Source: Candidatus Iainarchaeum sp.
GTDB taxonomy: Archaea > Iainarchaeota > Iainarchaeia > Iainarchaeales > 0-14-0-20-30-16
Reading direction: 5' to 3'
DNA: 11,774 nucleotides
NCBI GenBank assembly: GCA_903916665.1
Contig: CAIWXP010000079.1
Location: forward strand, 1-11,774
In this document: positions 1 to 6,097 of the stretch, in pieces
Numbering within the stretch: the stretch's first letter is position 1
Layout of the letters: every line of letters begins with the position of its first letter
The notes under the pieces: generated by a model
The model's input: the letters and a program-made list of their open reading frames with translations, nothing else
Database searches by the model: none
What the model was told of the DNA's origin: nothing
Position numbers and translations under genes: made by a program

Positions 1-1
1 A

Positions 2-550
2 AATATATTTTGATACGTCGCTAGTTATAAAAAAAGTATGTAAACTTCCAAAGAAAAAAGCAAGTCCCAAAAACTTATGTGTATTTTTCCACCACTGATA
101 TTTTAATTTTATATAAAATGTAATTACTAAAAATACAATCATTAAAAGTAAACCAATAATTCCTAAAGTAACTTGAAAATTAGTTCCTGGAATTATAAAT
201 AAAAATGCACTTTTTAAAGAAATAAATAAAAATTTTATTAGAAGAAATAAAGGATGAAATAATAATAATATAAATGCTATTGCACCCAATAAATGATGTG
301 CAACATATACTTTATTTTGACCACCAAATAAATTTTCAAATATCTTTAATCTTGTTGCCAACAATAATGTAATAGAAAATAATATCATTCCTAATAGTCC
401 GGTTATTTGACCTAAATTTGTAAACGTCATGGGCCAAGTAGAAAATAATTCAAAAGCAGGTTTTGACAAGTACCACACAATCAAACAAATTAAAAGCAAA
501 AATGCAATTATATAATAACCTAGATTATTTTTTAAAATTTTAACAGTCAT
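2..550 (-). CDS. Ferric-reductase/NOX-type di-haem transmembrane domain protein, N-terminal 183 codons (gene continues beyond the left edge)
   Basis: Absent from the ORF track because it is open at the window edge. Hand translation of the minus strand from ATG 550..548 gives 183 codons without a stop: MTVKILKNNLGYYIIAFLLLICLIVWYLSKPAFELFSTWPMTFTNLGQITGLLGMILFSITLLLATRLKIFENLFGGQNKVYVAHHLLGAIAFILLLFHPLF...KYQWWKNTHKFLGLAFFFGSLHTFFITSDVSKYI. It has several hydrophobic helices. It also has two His pairs with the NOX/FRE spacing: H-x13-H in HHLLGAIAFILLLFH and H-x12-H in HKFLGLAFFFGSLH. The ATG overlaps the upstream stop by 1 nt (TGATG). Confidence 0.75.
   Translation of the reverse strand, partial: MTVKILKNNLGYYIIAFLLLICLIVWYLSKPAFELFSTWPMTFTNLGQITGLLGMILFSITLLLATRLKIFENLFGGQNKVYVAHHLLGAIAFILLLFHPLFLLIKFLFISLKSAFLFIIPGTNFQVTLGIIGLLLMIVFLVITFYIKLKYQWWKNTHKFLGLAFFFGSLHTFFITSDVSKYI
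120..127. repeat. GTAATTAC palindrome copy (coding, ferric-reductase-like gene, read as V-I-T)
   Basis: Exact 8-mer; context aaaatGTAATTACtaaaa. Confidence 0.9.
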
Positions 551-1044
551 CAATTTCCACCATTAATTTTTGTTTTATCAACTGTACTATTTAACGGGTC
601 AATTAAAAAAGAATTTAATATTTGCTTTGCATTTCCCGAATGACCCCCACGTCCATTTTTAGTATCAAAAGCATTTGACCCATCAGCACCACAATAGGGT
701 AAAATAGCATTTGGTCCACCAGAATGAGAATCAGAAAATCCTGATAAATTATATACGTTTCCAGAAATATAAATCCAACAATCATTTGCAGTGTTGTGTT
801 TTGCAATTTCTATCATATCCAAAGTAATTGTTGAATTTTGAACAGTTGGTTTGTTAGAATCTGTTATAGTAATTACTGTGTTTTTATCTGTGTTAGGAGA
901 GGTTAATTTGTAATTATCATTATTATCTGATGATAAAATAGTATTTGTTTTTAGAACTGGATTATAATTTAATAAACCAACTGTTAAAACACTAATTATA
1001 ATAATTGTAAAAATAAATAAAGATATGGTAACAAATAGTTTCAT
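550..1044 (-). CDS. Membrane-anchored cytochrome b5-like haem-binding domain protein
   Basis: 164-aa ORF. N-terminal hydrophobic signal anchor (MKLFVTISLFIFTIIIISVLTVGLL), then a Thr/Asn/Ser-rich linker with N-x-S/T sequons, then a cytochrome b5-like domain. The domain reads IAKHNTANDCWIYISGNVYNLSGF..SHSGGPNAI (variant of the HPGG motif, first axial His) and GGHSGNAKQIL (second His). Confidence 0.8.
   Translation of the reverse strand: MKLFVTISLFIFTIIIISVLTVGLLNYNPVLKTNTILSSDNNDNYKLTSPNTDKNTVITITDSNKPTVQNSTITLDMIEIAKHNTANDCWIYISGNVYNLSGFSDSHSGGPNAILPYCGADGSNAFDTKNGRGGHSGNAKQILNSFLIDPLNSTVDKTKINGGN
869..876. repeat. GTAATTAC palindrome copy (coding, cytochrome b5-like gene, N-T-V-I-T)
   Basis: Exact 8-mer; context tataGTAATTACtgtg. 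Confidence 0.9.
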
Positions 1045-1074
1045 AGTATATAAACAAAATTTAAGTATATATAT

Positions 1075-1464
1075 TTATCTATTTATTACTGATGGGCTTT
1101 TAATTAATAGATTTTTCTTCTTCCATTTTCTTTTTCCACCAACGGCGCTGGTTTCTATTAAACCTATATCAACCAATGTTTTAATATAAGGATATAAACT
1201 TTTTTCATGTTTGTATTCGATTGAAAATTTTTCATTTATTTTTCTTCTTATTTCATCCATATCTTTCCATTCATCAAATGTAATAACACTTAAAACATGT
1301 TCCGCTTGCGTATTTTCTTTTGGAGTAATATATTGCCAAACATTTGCATAGTTAGAAATAAATTCATCTCTATCTATAACATCTGTTGTTTTTGCAGTTG
1401 TTGTTATTATTTCATGTACATTTTCTTTTATAAAAAAAGATTTTATTTTTGCAAATAATCCCAT
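1075..1464 (-). CDS. Hypothetical small protein, possible winged-helix DNA-binding C-terminus
   Basis: 129-aa ORF with ATG at 1464. It is preceded on the minus strand by GGTGAT (plus 1468..1473) and a TTATAAAA box (plus 1495..1502). The N-terminus is amphipathic (MGLFAKIKSFF). The C-terminal SLYPYIKTLVDIGLIETSAVGGKRKWKKK looks like a recognition helix plus basic wing. I recognise no family, so the function is a guess. Confidence 0.5.
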   Translation of the reverse strand: MGLFAKIKSFFIKENVHEIITTTAKTTDVIDRDEFISNYANVWQYITPKENTQAEHVLSVITFDEWKDMDEIRRKINEKFSIEYKHEKSLYPYIKTLVDIGLIETSAVGGKRKWKKKNLLIKSPSVINR

Positions 1465-1475
1465 ACCATCACCAA

Positions 1476-1503
1476 AATTACTGTAATTACTCTATTTTAT
1501 AAT
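1476..1503 (-). promoter_or_regulatory. TATA-like box plus tandem AATTACT / GTAATTAC operator-like element upstream of ORF 1075..1464
   Basis: Minus strand reads ATTATAAAATAGAGTAATTACAGTAATTTTGGTGATGGT-ATG. The order is TATA-like box, then GTAATTAC (1483..1490) with a second AGTAATT half 9 bp further on, then GGTGAT, then ATG. Confidence 0.45.
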
Positions 1504-1506
1504 ATA

Positions 1507-2454
1507 CTATTCTACCTTTTTAAGTAGTTGTGTTATTTCAAAAAATGTTTTTGTTTTTGATATTTCCTCTCTTAATTTTGAAGCATTTCTAACTTCTCTT
1601 ACTAAAAACATGCTTAAATTTTTTGCATTAGAAAATGTTGAATTATTTTGATCCTTTAACAATAAAGTATGATATTCCATTAAAAAATTCAATTTATTTT
1701 GGAAAGTACTGTAATTACCGTAAAGAATTTCATCAAATACAAAAGGATTTGATAGAGCCTCTCTTCCTAGCATATATCCATCACAATCAGTTTCGTTATG
1801 TATATTAGTTATATCTTCCATGTTGTGAATATCTCCATTTGCAATTATTGGTAAATTTGTTTTTTCCTTTGTTTCTTTTAGAAAATTTAAATCTATTTTA
1901 CCAGAATATTGCTGTTTTTTTGTTCTAGAATGAATAAATAAACCATCTAATCCCGAATCTTCGAGTTTATTATAATCTAAATGTTTTGTGATGTCGTAGC
2001 CAGACCGTATTTTAATAGTAAATGGTATATCAAATGCTTTTTTTGAAGCTTCAATCATTGTATTTATCTTTGATTGTCTCTTTAATAAAGCACTTCCTGC
2101 GCCCTGTGCAACAATATCTGCAGCGGGGCAACCACAGTTTAAATTAATAAAATCAATACTTATTCCTAGATCCAGGATGTTTTGAATACTTTTAACTAGT
2201 TTTTCTTCATCATTACCGAAGAATTGATAGAATACATTTTTTTCCAAATCTCCTTTTTTTATTATGTCTTTACAGTAATTACTGTCTTTACTGAGGGCAT
2301 TTATTGGAATCATCTCAGTAAATACTGAAATTTCTGTATTTTTTTGAACTAATTCTCTAAATGCCCAATTTGTGTATCCTAACAAAGGTGCCAAAAAAAG
2401 ATTATTTTTCAAACGTTTTGAACCTATTTTTATTGTTTTTATTTCCTTTACCAT
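1507..2454 (-). CDS. dus: tRNA-dihydrouridine synthase (Dus family, FMN TIM barrel)
   Basis: 315 aa. Dus-family motifs: LAPLLGYTNWAFRELV, FINLNCGCPAADIVAQGAGSALL (N-x-GCP with catalytic Cys), FTIKIRSG, FIHSRT, ANGDI. TATA-like TATAAAAAA (plus 2475..2483) lies about 25 bp upstream of the ATG. Confidence 0.9.
   Translation of the reverse strand: MVKEIKTIKIGSKRLKNNLFLAPLLGYTNWAFRELVQKNTEISVFTEMIPINALSKDSNYCKDIIKKGDLEKNVFYQFFGNDEEKLVKSIQNILDLGISIDFINLNCGCPAADIVAQGAGSALLKRQSKINTMIEASKKAFDIPFTIKIRSGYDITKHLDYNKLEDSGLDGLFIHSRTKKQQYSGKIDLNFLKETKEKTNLPIIANGDIHNMEDITNIHNETDCDGYMLGREALSNPFVFDEILYGNYSTFQNKLNFLMEYHTLLLKDQNNSTFSNAKNLSMFLVREVRNASKLREEISKTKTFFEITQLLKKVE
1711..1718. repeat. GTAATTAC palindrome copy (coding, dus, G-N-Y)
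   Basis: Exact 8-mer; context tactGTAATTACcgtaaa, the same right flank as the copy at 2561. Confidence 0.9.
2272..2285. repeat. Perfect 14-bp palindrome ACAGTAATTACTGT (coding, dus, S-N-Y-C)
   Basis: Self-complementary 14-mer, identical to 2621..2634. Confidence 0.9.
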
Positions 2455-2560
2455 GGTTTCACATCTTAAAAATATTTTTTATACCTGTCCTAGTTTTTGT
2501 GTATTTTAACTAATTTACTTCAACAAAATAAATATTCATAAAAATTAACTAATAATTATA

Positions 2561-2568
2561 GTAATTAC
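2561..2568. repeat. GTAATTAC palindrome copy (intergenic, upstream of dus)
   Basis: Exact 8-mer; context tataGTAATTACcgtaaa. Confidence 0.9.
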
Positions 2569-2620
2569 CGTAAATATTATAAATTGATTTATTTTTCTTC
2601 ACAAATTTGAATTAGTTCTT

Positions 2621-2634
2621 ACAGTAATTACTGT
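2621..2634. repeat. Perfect 14-bp palindrome ACAGTAATTACTGT (intergenic, 9 bp from the GT2 stop codon)
   Basis: Self-complementary 14-mer, identical to 2272..2285. Confidence 0.9.
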
Positions 2635-2642
2635 TTGTACCA

Positions 2643-3554
2643 TTATCGAGTTAGCCACCATTCCTTTATTGCTTTTATGTAGTATTTTGGTTTCATACTC
2701 CAAGATTCTAGCAACAGTAACACTGGTTTTACATTTAGCCAGGCAAAGAGCCAAATTCCATCCAATAGATTAGTAATTACTATAATTATGCCAATTACTG
2801 GTCTTAAATAATATAATCGTCTATAGGCACTATATATTATAGAAAACCTATCCTCTTCTATCCATAGTATTTGTTTGATAAATCCAAGTATACTGGATTT
2901 TCGCAATATTTTATAGGACATTTTTAAGTAATTCCAAGTACCTTGCAATTTGCTAACTTTATTATATTGATGAACAGTATAAAGGTTTTCACAAAAAATA
3001 GTTCTAATTATTTGTGCTCTATATATATAATGTAAATTAGTAGTTATTTCTAAAAGATATCCCCCAGAATCAGGAATTTTGATATCTGCAAAATCTTTTT
3101 TCCAAAAACAACGTTCTCCTCCAAAAAATCTTGCGCAATTTGTCCAACCCCACAGAGGAACCCTATCTCCAGCTCTATCTAATATAGTTTGTGATACCTC
3201 TCTATACATAACAGGTAATATTAATGAATCTATATTTTCTTTTGTTAAATTAATTAAATCAGCATCCAATAATACAATAAGATTTCCTAATGCCTGTTTA
3301 ATTCCTTTTTTAACTCCTGCTGTTTTTCCTAAATTAATTTCATTTTTTAATAATATTAATTTTTTAGACTGTTTTTGAAATCGTTTTATAATATTAACAG
3401 TGCCGTCCTTTGATCCATCATCAACAATTATTATTTCATCAAATTTAGAATATTGTATAATTATTTCTAGAACTCTTGCAATATTTTTTTCTTCGTTGTA
3501 GGCTGGAACTATACAAGTAATTACTGTATTTTCTTCATATTTTAAATTAGACAT
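2643..3554 (-). CDS. Family 2 glycosyltransferase (GT-A fold) with C-terminal membrane helices
   Basis: 303 aa. Motifs CIVPAYNEEKNI, IIIVDDGSKDGT, GKTAGVKKG and VLLDADL (DxD). C-terminal hydrophobic segment VIGIIIVITNLLDGIWLFAWL. Confidence 0.9.
   Translation of the reverse strand: MSNLKYEENTVITCIVPAYNEEKNIARVLEIIIQYSKFDEIIIVDDGSKDGTVNIIKRFQKQSKKLILLKNEINLGKTAGVKKGIKQALGNLIVLLDADLINLTKENIDSLILPVMYREVSQTILDRAGDRVPLWGWTNCARFFGGERCFWKKDFADIKIPDSGGYLLEITTNLHYIYRAQIIRTIFCENLYTVHQYNKVSKLQGTWNYLKMSYKILRKSSILGFIKQILWIEEDRFSIIYSAYRRLYYLRPVIGIIIVITNLLDGIWLFAWLNVKPVLLLLESWSMKPKYYIKAIKEWWLTR
2773..2780. repeat. GTAATTAC palindrome copy (coding, GT2, V-I-T)
   Basis: Exact 8-mer; context attaGTAATTACtata. 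Confidence 0.9.
3517..3524. repeat. GTAATTAC palindrome copy (coding, GT2, N-T-V-I-T)
   Basis: Exact 8-mer; context acaaGTAATTACtgta. Confidence 0.9.
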
Positions 3555-3569
3555 AGTAGAATGAGTTAC

Positions 3570-3583
3570 AAAAAATTTATAAA
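3570..3583 (-). promoter_or_regulatory. TATA-like box TTTATAAA for the GT2 gene, fused to a T-tract that could terminate the upstream tRNA
   Basis: The minus strand after the tRNA 3' end reads CTAATTTCTTTATAAATTTTTTGTAACTCATTCTACT-ATG. TTTATAAA (3576..3583) is centred about 25 bp upstream of ATG 3554, which is leaderless spacing. The T-rich run follows the tRNA directly. Confidence 0.45.
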
Positions 3584-3591
3584 GAAATTAG

Positions 3592-3666
3592 TAGCGAGGG
3601 TTGGATTTGAACCAACGACCTCCGGGTTATGAGCCCGGCGGGCACTCCAAGCTGCCCTACCTCGCT
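3592..3666 (-). tRNA. Initiator tRNA-Met (anticodon CAT), no encoded CCA
   Basis: Minus-strand sequence AGCGAGG-TA-GGGC-AGCTTGGAGT-GCCC-G-CCGGG-CTCATAA-CCCGG-AGGTC-GTTGG-TTCAAAT-CCAAC-CCTCGCT-A folds as a 75-nt cloverleaf. It has a perfect 7-bp acceptor stem and 4-bp D, 5-bp anticodon and 5-bp T stems. The A1:U72 pair and three consecutive G:C pairs (29-31:39-41) next to the CAU loop are initiator hallmarks in archaea and eukaryotes. Confidence 0.9.
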
Positions 3667-4192
3667 ATAGGTATAACTTTTTAATGAATTCTAAATCATT
3701 TTCTATATTAGTTATTTCACTAGCTATATTTATACTTCTTGATTTTTTATCAATCAATATTAAATTTTGATTACAATGTGGACAAGTAAAATCATATTCT
3801 GCTGCAATTTCAAATGGTATTTCATTGCACAAATTTTTACAGGTAAAATAATCATATTCTGTTAGTAACCTTAATTTGTCACCTAATTTTGCTTTTCGTT
3901 CTAAATGTTCTTGGGATATTAAAGTAGCCAATTTTTTTAGATCTACGCTCCAATAAAAATTATACCAACCAGATTTTTGATCTTTTTCTTTTTCGTATTT
4001 TACAATACCCCTAAAACTTAATTTATTTAATGTTGATCTTACAATTGTTACTTTTTGTCCAACCAAATCAGCTAATTTTTCATCATTGGTAACTTCTTTC
4101 GAACCATTCCATTTAGATAAAATATCATAGGCATTTTTATCTATTTTGTCTAAAAAATCTTTTGTGATATCTAACTCAAGAACTCGTTGCAT
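3665..4192 (-). CDS. tfe: Transcription factor E alpha subunit (TFE, TFIIE-alpha homologue)
   Basis: Winged-helix N-terminal half (DEKLADLVGQKVTIVRSTLNKLSFRGIVKYEK...GWYNFYWSVD) plus a zinc ribbon (FTCKNLC...FTCPHCNQNL). The ORF track starts at a TTG (4210). I prefer ATG 4192 (MQRVLELD...), which has TTTAAATA (plus 4213..4220) about 25 bp upstream. The stop TAG (3667..3665) overlaps tRNA positions 1-2. Confidence 0.85.
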   Translation of the reverse strand: MQRVLELDITKDFLDKIDKNAYDILSKWNGSKEVTNDEKLADLVGQKVTIVRSTLNKLSFRGIVKYEKEKDQKSGWYNFYWSVDLKKLATLISQEHLERKAKLGDKLRLLTEYDYFTCKNLCNEIPFEIAAEYDFTCPHCNQNLILIDKKSRSINIASEITNIENDLEFIKKLYL

Positions 4193-4212
4193 AAATAATA
4201 TTTTCAGCAAAC

Positions 4213-4220
4213 TATTTAAA
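4213..4220 (-). promoter_or_regulatory. TATA-like box of tfe
   Basis: Minus strand reads TTTAAATA, centred about 24-25 bp upstream of ATG 4192. This is consistent with a leaderless transcript. Confidence 0.45.
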
Positions 4221-4260
4221 AACTAAATCCTCTTTTTATATTAAATTTCGTTTTTTTTAA

Positions 4261-4268
4261 GTAATTAC
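4261..4268. repeat. GTAATTAC palindrome copy containing the abcE1 stop codon; degenerate copy GTAATTAT at 4280..4287
   Basis: Exact 8-mer; context tttaaGTAATTACgagtaaatataGTAATTATttt. Confidence 0.9.
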
Positions 4269-6040
4269 GAGTAAATATAGTAATTATTTTTTTCTTTTTG
4301 CTCTTTATCTTTACTTGAATTTAATTTATTTATTCTTGGTCTTTTTGTGTTTGGGTCCTTTCTATAAGTTATATTTAAAGTTTTTAAAAACTCATTCATT
4401 GCGTCTTTTTTATTCATTATTTTTGAGACCTTTCCTTCTTTTCCTGGAACTCCTGCAAAAATTAGCATAGCATCAGAAATAAAATCCAAAAATAAAACGT
4501 CATGATCAACAACAAATGCAACTTTATTCTTTCCAAAAATTACATTTCTAATTGCTTTTGCAACATTTAGTCGTTCTTCAACATCTAGGAATGCGCTAGG
4601 TTCATCAAATAGATAAACATTTGCATCAGTAGCCAATACTTTTGTGGTAATTACCTTTTGCAAATCTCCTCCATTTAATTCAGATAGCTTATACATTTTT
4701 ATTCTTTCTATATTTAATTTATTCCATAAATCTTTTAATAAATCTTGATTACAATCTTTTAAATATAACATTACAGGCAGGTCCATTTCCTTTTGTGTTA
4801 ATAATAAACTTTGAGGCTTATATGCAAATTTCAAATTTTCATAATTTCCTGCATCTTGTAAAATATTTCTTATAAATGTTGTTTTGCCCGTACCATTTTC
4901 TCCAAGAATTCCAATAATCTGATTTGCTAAAACATGGTCTCCAGAATATTCTAATGTAAAATCTCCTAATTTAATTTTTTTGGCGTCATAGGTAAACAAA
5001 GTATCCTTCGTTTTTATGTTGCTAGGAGTATATTCAATATTTAATATATAGTCTCTAAATTTCAAATTTTCATCTTTAATAAAACCATCTAAAAATTCAT
5101 TTATTGCTACATTTGTATTTTTTATGTGTGAGCAGATACCATAGGCGTGGGCTTGACCAAATAAAATATGTGATGATTCTGCAACATAATCTAAGATTGC
5201 TAAATCATGTTCAATAATAATATTGGTTTTTTCCTTTTTTCCAGTTTCCTGTTGAACGCCAACCAATGCAGAACTGTTTAGATTGGTTGCAAATAAAAAT
5301 CTTTGTTTAATATCTAAAAATGAACTAGGTTCATCAAAAAACGAAACACTACAATCTTTTAGTATTGTTGAAACTATTGCAACCTTTTGCAATTCTCCGC
5401 CAGACAGATTTTGTAATTCTTTATTTAAAATATTTTCCAATTGCCATTCAATTATAATTTTGTCCAACACTTTATTTTTATCTGCCTTTTCCAATAAATC
5501 TTTAACCTTTCCCGCAAAAACCCGTGGAATTAATTCAATGTTCTGTGGTTTATAGGCAAAATCTAAAACCTTATTATTTAAATCAATAAAAGTTTTTTGT
5601 ATTTCTCTACCTTTGAAATAATCTATTACTTTTTTATAATCTGTAGTTTCTTTATATTTCCCCAAATTAGGAATTATTTGCCCTGCCAATATTTTAATTA
5701 TTGTTGATTTTCCTATACCATTTTGACCTATAATTCCTATATTTTGATTTTTTGGCAGATCAATGAATCTAAATAATCTAAACCTATTTTCCCCATATTG
5801 GTGCAAAGGATCATCCAATATTAACTCTAAATTTATTATTTTTATGGCATTAAAAGGGCATTTAAATACACAAATACCACAACCAGAACATAACCCTTCA
5901 TCTATTTTTATTATTTCGTCTTCATAGTATACAACCTTTTTATTCATTCTGTTTAACGGGCAAACCTTAATACAAACTTCACCACAAAGTTTGGGCTTAC
6001 ATTTTTTGTTGTCTATTATTGCTATTCGTCTCTTATACAT
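4265..6040 (-). CDS. abcE1: ABCE1 / RNase L inhibitor-type ribosome-recycling ATPase (twin NBD with N-terminal 2x[4Fe-4S] domain)
   Basis: N-terminal RIAIIDNKKCKPKLCGEVCIKVCP and CSGCGICVFKCP ferredoxin-type clusters. Walker A GQNGIGKST and GENGTGKTT. Signatures LSGGELQKV and LNGGDLQKV. Walker B FFDEPSS and LFDEPSA. The ORF track begins at TTG 6049; ATG 6040 (MYKRRIAIID) is the likelier start. Confidence 0.95.
   Translation of the reverse strand: MYKRRIAIIDNKKCKPKLCGEVCIKVCPLNRMNKKVVYYEDEIIKIDEGLCSGCGICVFKCPFNAIKIINLELILDDPLHQYGENRFRLFRFIDLPKNQNIGIIGQNGIGKSTIIKILAGQIIPNLGKYKETTDYKKVIDYFKGREIQKTFIDLNNKVLDFAYKPQNIELIPRVFAGKVKDLLEKADKNKVLDKIIIEWQLENILNKELQNLSGGELQKVAIVSTILKDCSVSFFDEPSSFLDIKQRFLFATNLNSSALVGVQQETGKKEKTNIIIEHDLAILDYVAESSHILFGQAHAYGICSHIKNTNVAINEFLDGFIKDENLKFRDYILNIEYTPSNIKTKDTLFTYDAKKIKLGDFTLEYSGDHVLANQIIGILGENGTGKTTFIRNILQDAGNYENLKFAYKPQSLLLTQKEMDLPVMLYLKDCNQDLLKDLWNKLNIERIKMYKLSELNGGDLQKVITTKVLATDANVYLFDEPSAFLDVEERLNVAKAIRNVIFGKNKVAFVVDHDVLFLDFISDAMLIFAGVPGKEGKVSKIMNKKDAMNEFLKTLNITYRKDPNTKRPRINKLNSSKDKEQKEKNNYYIYS
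4647..4654. repeat. GTAATTAC palindrome copy (coding, abcE1 NBD2 just after the signature motif, V-I-T)
   Basis: Exact 8-mer; context tgtgGTAATTACcttt; encodes QKVITT. Confidence 0.9.
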
Positions 6041-6097
6041 AAGTATCAAATTTCAATTATAAAAAGTCTTATATAGATTTCAATTATATATTATATT
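6041..6097. promoter_or_regulatory. Shared divergent control region of abcE1 and pelota, with back-to-back TATA-like boxes and a 12-bp direct repeat
   Basis: 57 bp between ATG 6040 (-) and ATG 6098 (+). TTATATA at 6069..6075 is about 26 bp upstream of pelota. TTTTTATAA (minus strand, plus 6057..6065) is about 21 bp upstream of abcE1. The perfect direct repeat ATTTCAATTATA occurs at 6050..6061 and 6077..6088. Confidence 0.5.

Noticed and set aside
615-806. 63-aa ORF antisense to the cytochrome b5-like gene. The same applies to 3079..3378, 5283..5555, 7500..7790, 7910..8095, 9407..9628 and 10344..10556.
   Set aside because: Each is fully nested opposite a longer ORF with clear family motifs. 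Their translations are low-complexity or hydrophobic with no recognisable motifs. They are typical shadow ORFs of AT-rich DNA.
2455-2642. C/D-box sRNA or other small RNA gene in the 188-bp spacer.
   Set aside because: No RUGAUGA/CUGA box pairs on either strand and no convincing stable stem-loops beyond the short palindromes. A small RNA cannot be supported from sequence alone.
3592-3666. The CAT-anticodon tRNA as an elongator tRNA-Met or an agmatidine-modified tRNA-Ile2.
   Set aside because: The A1:U72 terminal pair and three G:C pairs closing the anticodon stem are initiator identity features. Elongator Met and Ile2 tRNAs normally have a G:C first pair.
4193-4210. N-terminal extensions implied by the ORF track: TTG 4210 for tfe, TTG 6049 for abcE1 and GTG 10013 for the HD gene.
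   Set aside because: In-frame ATGs a few codons downstream (4192, 6040, 10028) fit the TATA-to-ATG spacing and the family-typical N-termini better. The extensions would also consume the promoter elements.
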